A stretch of DNA of 64,000 nucleotides, taken from contig JAGBGT010000011.1 of NCBI GenBank assembly GCA_017935865.1, positions 5,461 through 69,460 of the forward strand, in the 5' to 3' direction. Position numbers and translations under genes: made by a program. The DNA is from Ruminococcus sp. GTDB taxonomy: Bacteria; Bacillota; Clostridia; Oscillospirales; Ruminococcaceae. Every line of letters starts with the position of its first letter. The stretch's first letter is position 1. Positions 28,248-37,367 of the stretch are shown in pieces. The notes below the pieces were generated by a model. It searched no databases, had not been told where the DNA came from, and saw only the letters and a program-made list of their open reading frames with translations.

Positions 28248-29729
28248 ATGATGAAAAATGTAGTTGCATACTGCCGTGTATCTACTGAAAAGGAAGATCA
28301 GCTTCACTCCTTTGAAGCACAGAAATCATTCTTTACGGAATATGCCAGCAAAAATGACTATAACCTCATTCGGATCTATGCTGACGAGGGTATCACGGGT
28401 ACGTCAACGAAAAAGAGAGCAGAGTTCAATCTGATGATGGAAGACAGCAAAAAGGGTATTTTTGAGTGCGTACTCGTAAAAGATGTTTCAAGACTGGCTC
28501 GTAATACATATGATTTTCTGAAAAGTATCCGAGAACTGAAAGCCCGTAATATCAACGTCAGATTCATCACTGCAAATATGGAATCATTAGACGGAGGTGA
28601 GTTTACGTTAACCGTACTTGCGGCAATGGCACAAGAAGAATCTTCTAATATGTCCAAGCGTGTCAAGTTCGGTAAGAAAATCAATGCCGAAAAGGGCAGA
28701 GTTCCCAACTTGTGTTACGGCTATATCAAGACCAAAGGCGATTATTTCAATTTGCAGATCAACGAGACGGAAGCAGAAATTGTCAAGGAGATGTTTGACT
28801 TGTATGTCAATCAGGGGTATGGTTCTCATAAAATTGCCAAGCTGATGAATGACAGAGGATTAACGAGTTTAAGAGGTGTTCCATGGAGTACGACGGCAGT
28901 CAGCAGAATTCTGAAAAATAAGCTGTATGCAGGGTATGTGGTCAACGGAAAGAGTGAGATCAAAGATTTTATCGAAAAAACACGCACCAAAAAAGATGAG
29001 GGCGAATGGATAGAAATCCATCGACCTGAACTGCAAATCGTTCCCCTTGAGCTATGGGAAAAGGCGCAGAATGTCAACAAATCCAACAACAGCGGATTGG
29101 AAATGACCATTCATAAAAAACGCAGCAATAAGCACTTATTCAGTACGCTGATAAATTGCGCCTGCTGCGGTTATTCGTTCAGACGAAGCAGTGAAAAAAG
29201 AAAAAGCGGCACACGTATCGTATGGCGGTGCAGTGGTCGCAATCATCATGGTGCAGGGTTTTGCAGCAATATGACAACGATCCCGGAGAGTGAGCTGATT
29301 GAAAATATTGACGGATATTTTCTTTCGCTGATCAAGGACAAGCAGAAGATGATCGACAGTATGATCAGTCAATACCGGAAAAAGCAGAAAAAGAGCCCGG
29401 CTGCTGCACTTTCTTCTCAGCTTGAAGTGCTGAAAAACAAAAAGCAGAAGCAGATACAAATGTTTGAGAATGATATTATTTCCATTGCAGAACTGAAAGA
29501 GCGTACAGCAGCCATAGACAGGCAGATCGCTCAGATCAGACTGGAACTTGACAACGCAGAGAGTCCGGAGGATATTGAAAAAAAGTTACACCAGCTTTAT
29601 TGTATGCTGTCGGAGAATTTCAGTAAATATTCATCTGTTGCAAACATGACCAATGCTGAACTGAAAACGCTGATCAAAGCCATCATTGCGGATGAAAACG
29701 GGAGGATTCAAATTGAGCTGAATTATTAG
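28248..29729 (+). CDS. Large serine recombinase (SpoIVCA/CisA-like site-specific integrase)
   Basis: YCRVST catalytic motif, DEG.TGT, KDVSRLAR, AQEES..S.R, recombinase domain IL.N..Y.G, Zn ribbon CACCG..WRC..C, coiled coil; stop 10 bp before the attR arm. Confidence 0.95.
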   Translation: MMKNVVAYCRVSTEKEDQLHSFEAQKSFFTEYASKNDYNLIRIYADEGITGTSTKKRAEFNLMMEDSKKGIFECVLVKDVSRLARNTYDFLKSIRELKARNINVRFITANMESLDGGEFTLTVLAAMAQEESSNMSKRVKFGKKINAEKGRVPNLCYGYIKTKGDYFNLQINETEAEIVKEMFDLYVNQGYGSHKIAKLMNDRGLTSLRGVPWSTTAVSRILKNKLYAGYVVNGKSEIKDFIEKTRTKKDEGEWIEIHRPELQIVPLELWEKAQNVNKSNNSGLEMTIHKKRSNKHLFSTLINCACCGYSFRRSSEKRKSGTRIVWRCSGRNHHGAGFCSNMTTIPESELIENIDGYFLSLIKDKQKMIDSMISQYRKKQKKSPAAALSSQLEVLKNKKQKQIQMFENDIISIAELKERTAAIDRQIAQIRLELDNAESPEDIEKKLHQLYCMLSENFSKYSSVANMTNAELKTLIKAIIADENGRIQIELNY

Positions 29730-29739
29730 ATTTAATAAA

Positions 29740-29762
29740 TTCCCTTTTGATACGTCCATACA
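29740..29762. other. attR of the spoIIID-interrupting element
   Basis: TTCCCTTTTGATACGTCCATA-CA; arm inverted relative to attL; TACA core. Confidence 0.9.
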
Positions 29763-29928
29763 TAAGGACGTAAGCGAACGGCTGAAAATAGAGGATATTT
29801 CCCTGTATAAGCAGGTGAAAGCCGTTCTGGAAATAAATAAGCAGGAGCGCCATATTCGCGGCGGACTTGCAACAAAGGAAAAGTACAGCCGTCTTGCGGA
29901 AATAAGAAAAAGAGCTGATAAATTCTGA
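29761..29928 (+). CDS. spoIIID: spoIIID 3' half (codons 38-92)
   Basis: HKDVSERLKIEDISLYKQVKAVLEINKQERHIRGGLATKEKYSRLAEIRKRADKF*; contains the SpoIIID signatures HKD..ERL and RHIRGG.AT..KY; has no start codon of its own. Confidence 0.93.
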   Translation, partial: HKDVSERLKIEDISLYKQVKAVLEINKQERHIRGGLATKEKYSRLAEIRKRADKF

Positions 29929-29968
29929 GGGCGATGCCCGGTTTTGCAAAAAAACTGGAATCAGCATC

Positions 29969-30024
29969 AGAGCCTGTTCAGTATCCCGGCGCGTAATTAC
30001 GCATGGAGATACCGAACAGGCTCT
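29969..30024. repeat. Internally deleted copy of the 163-bp palindromic repeat; probable terminator for spoIIID
   Basis: AGAGCCTGTTCAGTATC...GATACCGAACAGGCTCT. Confidence 0.75.
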
Positions 30025-30547
30025 TATCACAAAACACCGACCTGCCCAGTATCTTCCTTGAAGCTATCCGTGGGCAGCATCGATGCTTTATAGATTTCCG
30101 CCACTTGAAGAAAGCCTTGTGCAAATCGCCGTTTACTATATTTTATGCAGTTTGAGCAAAAATGAAACATGGAAATTCGTAGCAAATTATGTTGTAATTT
30201 TGTAATAATTTTTCCGGATTGTTCTCTGATTGAAATAATGCTGTTATTGTATTTTGCGGTTTTTCGCTGTATAATAAGGTCATGGAAGAAGAAAAGAAAT
30301 TTTGATGCCATTGGTACACTTTCTGAAAATCCGTCTCCGGAGATGTTTCGGGGACGGATTTTTATCGTTTATCATAAAAACTTTATCGTGAAAATTGAAC
30401 ATACAGTTCCTTTTTTAGCAGAATATATTGTGCAAACATATAATAATTAATGTTAAACGATAAAAATCTGTTGACAAACGAAAATATCTGTGATATTATA
30501 TAATCACACCAGGGGAAACATCCCGGAAATAATTGGAGGAAATAATT

Positions 30548-31222
30548 ATGAAAAATGCAAACGTAAAGAAGATCAACACGGTGGGCAAGGTAAGCCGTAT
30601 CGTCCTCACCGTTTTCAGAGTTTTTGCGATAATCGGCATTGTCGGCTGCATTGTGGGCGCTGTACTGGGAGGCATTGCCGCAGCGTATGTGCCGAAGGAT
30701 GCGGTCAAGGCGGATATTTCCGTGAACGGATCAGTTGTCATTGACGACGAAAAGATCCCGTCTTTTTTCTCAAAAGGGCTTATTGATCTGGAGGAGACCG
30801 ACGTCAAATTCGGCTTTGGCAATTTCAATATCAAGATGCTGGTAGATGAGATCAAAGAGGACAACGTAAACGGCTATACAATTGACGGAAACGCTTCTTT
30901 AAACGACAGCACTATGCTGATGCTTGGGATCGTAGGCGTCTGCGTCGTCGGAGCTATCGGCAGCGGAATTATGCTGGTCGTTATTATTTTCGGCGGAAAG
31001 CTCGCAAAGGCTCTCGAAACCTGCAATTCCCCCTTTGAGGAGAAAGTGCTCAGAGCGATGAAAGGCTTTGCTTTCTCGCTGATACCTGTAGGCGTTATTG
31101 TTCTCTTTGTAGACGGCGCTATTGGTCTGACGACGGCATTTGTTGTTGCCGCGATCATTCTCTTCACTTTCGTTTTCAAGTACGGCGCGGAGCTTCAGCA
31201 GGAGTCTGACGAGACGGTTTAA
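30548..31222 (+). CDS. DUF2975-family membrane protein
   Basis: TM helices, SPF, C-terminal VFKYGAELQQESDETV; paired with a YozG-like HTH gene. Confidence 0.8.
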   Translation: MKNANVKKINTVGKVSRIVLTVFRVFAIIGIVGCIVGAVLGGIAAAYVPKDAVKADISVNGSVVIDDEKIPSFFSKGLIDLEETDVKFGFGNFNIKMLVDEIKEDNVNGYTIDGNASLNDSTMLMLGIVGVCVVGAIGSGIMLVVIIFGGKLAKALETCNSPFEEKVLRAMKGFAFSLIPVGVIVLFVDGAIGLTTAFVVAAIILFTFVFKYGAELQQESDETV

Positions 31223-31234
31223 GGGGGAAGATTC

Positions 31235-31447
31235 ATGGCAATTATAGTGAGGCTCGATCGGGTCATGGCAGACCGGAAGATCAGCCTGAACGAGCTTAGC
31301 GAGAGAGTGGGAGTCAGCAATGTCAATCTTTCCAAGCTGAAAACGGGGAAAGTGAGCGCGGTGCGATTTTCGACACTTAATGAGATATGTAAGGTGTTGA
31401 GCTGTCAGCCTGGTGATCTGCTGGAGTTTTCGGGCGGCGAGGAGTAA
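31235..31447 (+). CDS. YozG-like Cro/C1 HTH regulator
   Basis: MAIIVRLD..MA.RK.SL.ELS..VG.S.VNLS.LKTGK..A.RFSTL..IC..L.CQPGD.L. Confidence 0.9.
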   Translation: MAIIVRLDRVMADRKISLNELSERVGVSNVNLSKLKTGKVSAVRFSTLNEICKVLSCQPGDLLEFSGGEE

Positions 31448-31618
31448 TCGGCGCAGCCGAAAAAACGGGATTCCAAAGGGACATTGTCCCTTTGGAATCC
31501 CGATGTTTATCGGCTTCGCCGATTTGGGGCACTGCCCCAAACCCTGCCAGAGGCGCTGCCTCTGGACTCTGCAAAAGGGGCATTGCCCCTTTTGAAACCC
31601 GATGTTTATCGGCTGGGG
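31448..31618. repeat. Mosaic hairpin repeat (REP/BIME-like), copy 1
   Basis: Modules CCAAAGGGACATTGTCCCTTTGG, ATCGGCTTCGCCGAT, GGGGCACTGCCCC, CCAGAGGCGCTGCCTCTGG recur at 54.75, 60.95 and 61.41 kb. Confidence 0.8.
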
Positions 31619-32878
31619 TTATTCCTCCCCGATTTTTTTATTAACAAACCTCGGTCTTATCTTCGAGTACATAATTTTCTGCTCGCTGTAAAGCCCATGA
31701 TAGCCTGACAGCATATAGCTGACCGCGCACACCAGAATATAGACGGTAATTCCCTTTCCCCCGAAAAGCTCGATACTCAGCAGTATCGACGCCACGGGAC
31801 AATTCGTTACGCCGCAGAAGAGCGCCGTCATTCCCAGCGCCGCGCCAAGTGAACAGTCAATGCCGAAAATCGGCGATATTACACTGCCGAACGTCGAGCC
31901 GATGAAAAATACCGGGAAGATCTCCCCTCCCTTGAAGCCTGAGCTGAGGGTGACCGCCGTGAACAGCAGCTTCAGCAGAAACGCCCCGGCAAACGGTATC
32001 TGGCTGAATGACGACATTATCATCGCTCCGCCTGTGCCGTTGTAATCCCGGTTTCCCACAAGAAGCGTCAGCAGAACGACTACAGCTCCGCCGACAGCCG
32101 CCCGGAGCGCGCCGATCTTGATTCTGCCGAAGAGCCGCTTTGATATGCCGAGAACCATGCAGAATATCACGCTGAGTAAAGCACACAGCGCGCCCACGGC
32201 TGCCGTTTTTAGATACAGCAGCGGCGAGATGTCCGGAAGCTCCACCGCCATGGCAAGGGGAGAGCCTCCCAGCAGCGACGCTATATAGCTGGCGGTGAGC
32301 GCTGCCGTCACACAGGGAACTATCGCCGAATAGTAGAAAATCCCCACGCTTATGACTTCCATAGAAAAGATTGCCGCTGTAACAGGCGTCCCGAAAACAG
32401 CCGCGAACATGGCGCTCATGCTGCACATGGTCATGATGCGTTTGTCGTCGTCGTCAAATTTCATTATACGTCCGCTGAACGAGCCGAGAGCCGCGCCGAT
32501 CTGCAAAGATGCTCCCTCCCGTCCGCTTGAACCGCCGCACAGGTGGGTGAGGACGGTCGATACGAATATGCAGACGGCGTGGCGGATACCCATTTTTTCG
32601 TTGTCCCGGACGGCGAGGAGCACAAGGTTAGTGCCCTGATCGTGGCTGTATCGCAGGACTTTATAAAAAAGGGCAATGAAAGCTCCTGCGGCAGGCAGAA
32701 GAAACAGCAGCCATGGATGCTTTATGCGCAGACCCTCCGCGCTGTCCGAGCAGAAGTGGAAAAATGCGCCGGCAAGTCCGATGATGCAGCCGGTCAGTAT
32801 GCCGATAACGCTCCATTTCAGGAAGCTTTTTGTCTCCTTGAACAGGTCGCTGCCGGTGATAGTTTTCCGGATAGCCAT
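31619..32878 (-). CDS. ClC-family chloride channel/antiporter
   Basis: GGSSGREG, FGTP, GFKGGEIFP, TNCP. Confidence 0.9.
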   Translation of the reverse strand: MAIRKTITGSDLFKETKSFLKWSVIGILTGCIIGLAGAFFHFCSDSAEGLRIKHPWLLFLLPAAGAFIALFYKVLRYSHDQGTNLVLLAVRDNEKMGIRHAVCIFVSTVLTHLCGGSSGREGASLQIGAALGSFSGRIMKFDDDDKRIMTMCSMSAMFAAVFGTPVTAAIFSMEVISVGIFYYSAIVPCVTAALTASYIASLLGGSPLAMAVELPDISPLLYLKTAAVGALCALLSVIFCMVLGISKRLFGRIKIGALRAAVGGAVVVLLTLLVGNRDYNGTGGAMIMSSFSQIPFAGAFLLKLLFTAVTLSSGFKGGEIFPVFFIGSTFGSVISPIFGIDCSLGAALGMTALFCGVTNCPVASILLSIELFGGKGITVYILVCAVSYMLSGYHGLYSEQKIMYSKIRPRFVNKKIGEE

Positions 32879-32879
32879 A

Positions 32880-34010
32880 TCAGTTCAGTGTAACAGGCAG
32901 CCCGTTGATCTCGATCGTCGGGTCGTCGATGTCGATGAGCAGGCAGCGTCTGCCCTCAAATACGCTGGTGCGCACCTTGTCGGCAGCGTCGGGCTTGATA
33001 TTCACGGTTATCCCCGGGGACGTCAGAACAGTCTTGTTTTCGATAAGATTAGTCACAGTAAGCGGCACGTCTCCGCAGTATTTTTCATAGACCGGGTCTG
33101 TCATGACAACGCGCTCCTGCGGTATGCCGATATCGCTGAGGATGTTCTTGAGCTGGGTGTTGTCGATAACGGCTTTGTCCGTGTCGTCCTTGCTTTCCTC
33201 AGCCACCTCCTGGAGCTTTTCGTTGACGCTTTTTATCACCATGTAGTCCAGGTCGTCGCCCACAACGCTTTTCAGGATATTCTGAAAGCTTATTTTTTCG
33301 CTGGCTGCGGACATAATAAAGGTGCAGCCGAGAACGTCCTCCACCAGGGAGGTATTAGGCTTTGCCGCCTGCTTCATGTAGCACATAACGTGGTTTATGT
33401 CGCTGCTTCTGTTGCTGAAAACCGGGTAGAGGAAGCCCTCGGAGGGCGCTCTGTTGATGATAAGCTCTGTGTTCAGCTTTTTCGTAATCTCATTGTTGGA
33501 GCTGTCGAAAACGAAGCCGTCCTTTGGGGTGCTCACCGGGCAGAATGCCGTAAGCAGATAGCGGTAGACCTCGTCCTCGCCGCCGGAATACTCGTCATTC
33601 TTGTCCTTGCGGCGGATAGTATAGCGGCAGTAGGCGGTTATGACGGCATATGGACCCTCGTGGCAGAAGGTATTGGAAATATGGTTCATGAAGTTTTCGC
33701 AGAGCAGCTCGTCTTTCAGCTCGGAGCGCAGAAGCGAGTAGAGCATTTCCTGGGGCTGTCCCTCTTCGTAGGCTTCGTTGGGGAACTGGTATTCGCAGAA
33801 ATTCTTGCCCACGTTGGTATTCAGCACTTTTTTCAGGGTCTCCTCGTATACGTCGTGCTCTTCCGCCTCCATGGTGATACAGGAGCTGGTTTTCATGCAG
33901 CGGACGTTTTTATCGGCGTCGATAAAGCCGGTGAGGATGCGGTCCATGACGAAAAATCCGCTTTTGTCTGAAAAATTCTTTTTGATCTCAGCAGTTTCTT
34001 TCTTATTCAT
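32880..34010 (-). CDS. DUF4317-family protein
   Basis: MNKKE..EIKK.F start, GFLYP.F..RSSD, IEING.PV end. Confidence 0.75.
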   Translation of the reverse strand: MNKKETAEIKKNFSDKSGFFVMDRILTGFIDADKNVRCMKTSSCITMEAEEHDVYEETLKKVLNTNVGKNFCEYQFPNEAYEEGQPQEMLYSLLRSELKDELLCENFMNHISNTFCHEGPYAVITAYCRYTIRRKDKNDEYSGGEDEVYRYLLTAFCPVSTPKDGFVFDSSNNEITKKLNTELIINRAPSEGFLYPVFSNRSSDINHVMCYMKQAAKPNTSLVEDVLGCTFIMSAASEKISFQNILKSVVGDDLDYMVIKSVNEKLQEVAEESKDDTDKAVIDNTQLKNILSDIGIPQERVVMTDPVYEKYCGDVPLTVTNLIENKTVLTSPGITVNIKPDAADKVRTSVFEGRRCLLIDIDDPTIEINGLPVTLN

Positions 34011-34058
34011 TTTATACTCTCCTTATTTATATGATGCGGTGCTGATGCACTGAACAGG

Positions 34059-34204
34059 CTCTAAAAACCTCTTTTGACAAAAATCAGCTATGCGCGGAAT
34101 TTGCCGCGTCAAGCCCTTTCGGAGTGCGTCAGCACGCCTTCAAGGACTTTCCTTGCAACTTCCGCACCTATCTGATTTTTGCCTGACCAAACAGGTTTTT
34201 AGAG
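34059..34204. repeat. Diverged member of the 163-bp palindromic repeat family
   Basis: TIR CTCTAAAAACCT / AGGTTTTTAGAG; interior GCGTCAA...GTGC-GTCA-GCAC...TTCCTTGCA. Confidence 0.65.
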
Positions 34205-34356
34205 GCTGCCTTAAAAAGCTGAACACACCTATTATATCATAAATCTTCTTTTTTGTCCAGACTTAACTTGACATTCCCTGCCTGCCGTGCTATAATATGA
34301 AATGTACGAAAGTTTGTCCGAGTGCGGATAATAAATTTCAGTTATGGAGAAATAAA

Positions 34357-34878
34357 ATGAAAAAAATAATTCGTGCCTGCGTGAAGATACTGCCCAAGGG
34401 CTTACAGGAGATATATTTTAAATATGAGGACAAGTGGCTGTACCTGTTTTTCGGTGTCCTTACGACTGTTGTCAGCTTCATCACCGCCGGAGTCACCAAG
34501 TTCGCAATGGAAAAGGCTGGAGCAGGGGAAACGCCTGTCAGCCTGGTCAGCACCCTCGTTTCCTGGGTGTGCGCCGTGACGTTTGCCTACCTGACTAACC
34601 GAGCCTGGGTCTTCGACTCTACCGCAAAGGGCGGAAAAGCGATCATGAGCGAGGCGATATCGTTCTATGGCGGAAGAGTTTTCACGCTTCTGGTAGAGCT
34701 TGTCATCATGTGGCTGGGCTACTCGATCATCGGCAAGAAGCTCTTCTCAGACAACGAGACTGCCAAGAACATTTCCTACTGGGTATCGAAGATCGCCGCA
34801 AATGTTGTGGTGCTCATCCTTAACTATGTGATAAGCAAGCTTTTTGTGTTCAGGAAAAAGGACAAGGATAATGGCTGA
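34357..34878 (+). CDS. GtrA-family membrane protein
   Basis: YLFFGVLTT, FAYLTNR.WVF, NYVISKLFVF. Confidence 0.88.
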   Translation: MKKIIRACVKILPKGLQEIYFKYEDKWLYLFFGVLTTVVSFITAGVTKFAMEKAGAGETPVSLVSTLVSWVCAVTFAYLTNRAWVFDSTAKGGKAIMSEAISFYGGRVFTLLVELVIMWLGYSIIGKKLFSDNETAKNISYWVSKIAANVVVLILNYVISKLFVFRKKDKDNG

Positions 34879-35893
34879 TACTGTCAGGATCGGCGGCGTG
34901 GAGATAAAAAAGACGGCGATCCTTGCGCCTATGGCAAGCGTTGCCGACAGGGCGTACCGGCTCATATGCAGGGAGTTCGGGGCAGCCGCCTGCGTCAGCG
35001 AAATGGTCTCGGCAAAGGGCATCTGCTACAGCGACAGGAAAACGGCTGAGCTGTGTACCGTAACTCCGGGCGAGCGCCCCATGGGAATACAGCTTTTCGG
35101 CTGCGAACCGGAGTTCATGGCGCGTGCCGTGGAGATAGTTCTGGAATATTCTCCGGATTTTATTGATATAAACATGGGCTGCCCGGTGCCGAAGGTTGCC
35201 GGAAACGGCTCAGGCTCAGCGCTTATGAAGGACGTCGGGCTGGCTGCGGCTGTTGCAGAGGCTGCTGTGAAGGCTGCCGGGAACGTTCCGGTGACTGCTA
35301 AGATCCGCAGCGGCTGGAGCGGCGATTCCGTCAACGCGGCGGAGGTCGCAAAGGCACTGGAGGCTTCCGGAGTGGCGGCGGTAGCTGTCCACGGCAGAAC
35401 GAGAGACCAGTTCTACAGCGGATCGGCGGATATTTCGGTGATACGCGATGTGAAAAATGCCGTGAAGATACCCGTTATCGGAAACGGTGACGTGACCGGC
35501 GCAGGATCGTGCCTGAAAATGTACCGGGAGACCGGCTGCGACCTTGTCATGATCGGCAGGGGCAGCTACGGAAATCCCTTTGTCTTTGCGGAGATAGAGG
35601 CTGCCGTGGACGGCAGGGAATACGTTCCGCCAACGGTGGAGGAACGTATGCAGGTGATGCTCAGGCATATCAGGATGATCGTCGAAATGAGCGCAAAAAC
35701 CGAGCCGTTCGCCATGCACGAGGCGAGAAAGCACGCGGCGTGGTACATGAACGGCGGCTACGGTTCGGCAAAATTCCGGGCGAGATGCTATCAGCTTTCT
35801 TCTTACGCGGAGGCGGAAAACCTGGCGGATGAGTTCATAAATCTGCAAAGTGGCAGAATGCACAAAAAAAGTGCGGAAATTTCGTTGGATTAG
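34871..35893 (+). CDS. dusB: tRNA-dihydrouridine synthase
   Basis: LAPMA, QLFG, IDINMGCP..KV, K.R.G, VHGRT, IGNGDV, MIGRG..GNP. Confidence 0.9.
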   Translation: MADTVRIGGVEIKKTAILAPMASVADRAYRLICREFGAAACVSEMVSAKGICYSDRKTAELCTVTPGERPMGIQLFGCEPEFMARAVEIVLEYSPDFIDINMGCPVPKVAGNGSGSALMKDVGLAAAVAEAAVKAAGNVPVTAKIRSGWSGDSVNAAEVAKALEASGVAAVAVHGRTRDQFYSGSADISVIRDVKNAVKIPVIGNGDVTGAGSCLKMYRETGCDLVMIGRGSYGNPFVFAEIEAAVDGREYVPPTVEERMQVMLRHIRMIVEMSAKTEPFAMHEARKHAAWYMNGGYGSAKFRARCYQLSSYAEAENLADEFINLQSGRMHKKSAEISLD

Positions 35894-36083
35894 ACAAATG
35901 GCTGAAAAATCACGAAATATTGCGGAAAATACGGATGTCGACGAGAATAAAGCACAAAAAATCAGTAGAAAAGACAAAATGGCAATTGCAATTATAAAGA
36001 TTCTATGATATAATTGATTTGAAACGAAAAAAGAGGAAGATGTATGCGGTCTCACAGGGAAGAGACCGGAAAAAGGAGATATA

Positions 36084-37367
36084 ATGAAGTACAGATCAGT
36101 ACGTTTCTTTGCAGCCCTTGCGGCAGGCGCACTGATGTTTTCGGCTGCCGGATGCGGCTCGAGAACAGTAGGCAACCTGGTGACAGGCAATGAAATGCTC
36201 GGGGATGCAGCGAAAAATACCACGGTAGACGAACAGGTACCAGAGGTATCTGTTCCCACAGAGCCTTCCACGGATGCTCCGGCAGATAAGCGCGTACACG
36301 TTATCGCTGCCGGCGATAACCTCATCCACTACTCGGTCTATAAGAACGCCGAGAGACTTGCCGGGCCGGGGGAAAATTACGATTTCAAGCCGATCTACGA
36401 GAATGTCAAGTACCTGATCGAGGATGCCGATCTGGCTATCCTTAATCAGGAGACCATCATAAGCCAGAGCAACGAGGTGAGAGGCGCAAACGGCGGCGCA
36501 CTGCTGTTCAACTCCCCTCCGGAGGTCGCCGACGCCGTTATTGACCTGGGCTTTGACGTTTTCACAATGGCGAACAATCATCTGCTGGATTTCGGCGCTT
36601 CCGCCCTTGAAGAATCCATTAATTTCTGGAACAATAAGGCGGCGGAGAACGACCTGACGGTGCTGGGAGCATACCTTAACAGTGAGGATGCCGATAATAT
36701 CCGGATACGCGAGGTCAACGGCGTGAAGATCGCCTTTCTTGCCTATGCAGAGCATATAAACGGATTTTCTATCCCTGCGGATTCGCCGCTGGTGGTAAAT
36801 ATGACCTGGCAGGAGGACGTTATTGAGCGGCAGATCAAAGAAGCAAGCGAGCTGGCTGATGCCGTTATCGTTTCGGCGCACTGGGGCGTGGAGGACACCA
36901 CCGAGGTCTCGGAGGACAGGATCACGCTCGCCAATAAAATGGTGAACTGGGGTGCGGATGTTATCCTGGGCTGCCATACGCATACGGCGGAAACGATGGA
37001 GTGGATCACCCGTGAGGACGGCACAAAGGGCTTTGTTTTCTATTCTATGGGAAATTTCATCTGCTGCCAGACCGACAATTTCAACCTGGTAGGCGAGATG
37101 CCCGATTTCGATATCGTCATCGACGGCGAGACCGGCGAGTGCCGGCTGGAGGACGTGGGAGTTATCCCCAACATCATCCACTACGAGATTGGCGACTTTG
37201 ATAATCTGGCTGTGTACCCCTACAGCAAGTACACGGAGGAAATGGCGAACAACCACGGTATTCCGTATGCTGTGCCGGCAGGATACTATAATTATTTTAG
37301 CTGGGATATTCTCAACGAGATAATCAACAACGCTATTCCTCAGGAATTCCAGAAGCTGGATAAATAA
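36084..37367 (+). CDS. CapA (PGA_cap) metallophosphatase-family lipoprotein
   Basis: Lipobox AAGC; AGD, NQET, ANNH..D.G, HWG.E, G.H.H, YS.GNF. Confidence 0.85.
   Translation: MKYRSVRFFAALAAGALMFSAAGCGSRTVGNLVTGNEMLGDAAKNTTVDEQVPEVSVPTEPSTDAPADKRVHVIAAGDNLIHYSVYKNAERLAGPGENYDFKPIYENVKYLIEDADLAILNQETIISQSNEVRGANGGALLFNSPPEVADAVIDLGFDVFTMANNHLLDFGASALEESINFWNNKAAENDLTVLGAYLNSEDADNIRIREVNGVKIAFLAYAEHINGFSIPADSPLVVNMTWQEDVIERQIKEASELADAVIVSAHWGVEDTTEVSEDRITLANKMVNWGADVILGCHTHTAETMEWITREDGTKGFVFYSMGNFICCQTDNFNLVGEMPDFDIVIDGETGECRLEDVGVIPNIIHYEIGDFDNLAVYPYSKYTEEMANNHGIPYAVPAGYYNYFSWDILNEIINNAIPQEFQKLDK

Larger units (their letters stand above)
5123..29762. mobile_element. 24,640-bp skin-like element integrated in spoIIID via a large serine recombinase
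   Basis: Split gene on both flanks, symmetric att arms, terminal LSR, visibly more AT-rich accessory cargo, no capsid, tail or T4SS genes seen. Confidence 0.92.

Noticed and set aside
5123-29762. Element as a prophage or ICE
   Set aside because: No terminase, capsid, tail, relaxase, VirB4 or coupling protein is recognisable
32676-33971. Long antisense ORFs (also 36096-37388, 55194-56369, 35216-36325, 61243-62130)
   Set aside because: Mirror frames of well-supported genes on the opposite strand, typical of GC3-rich coding DNA
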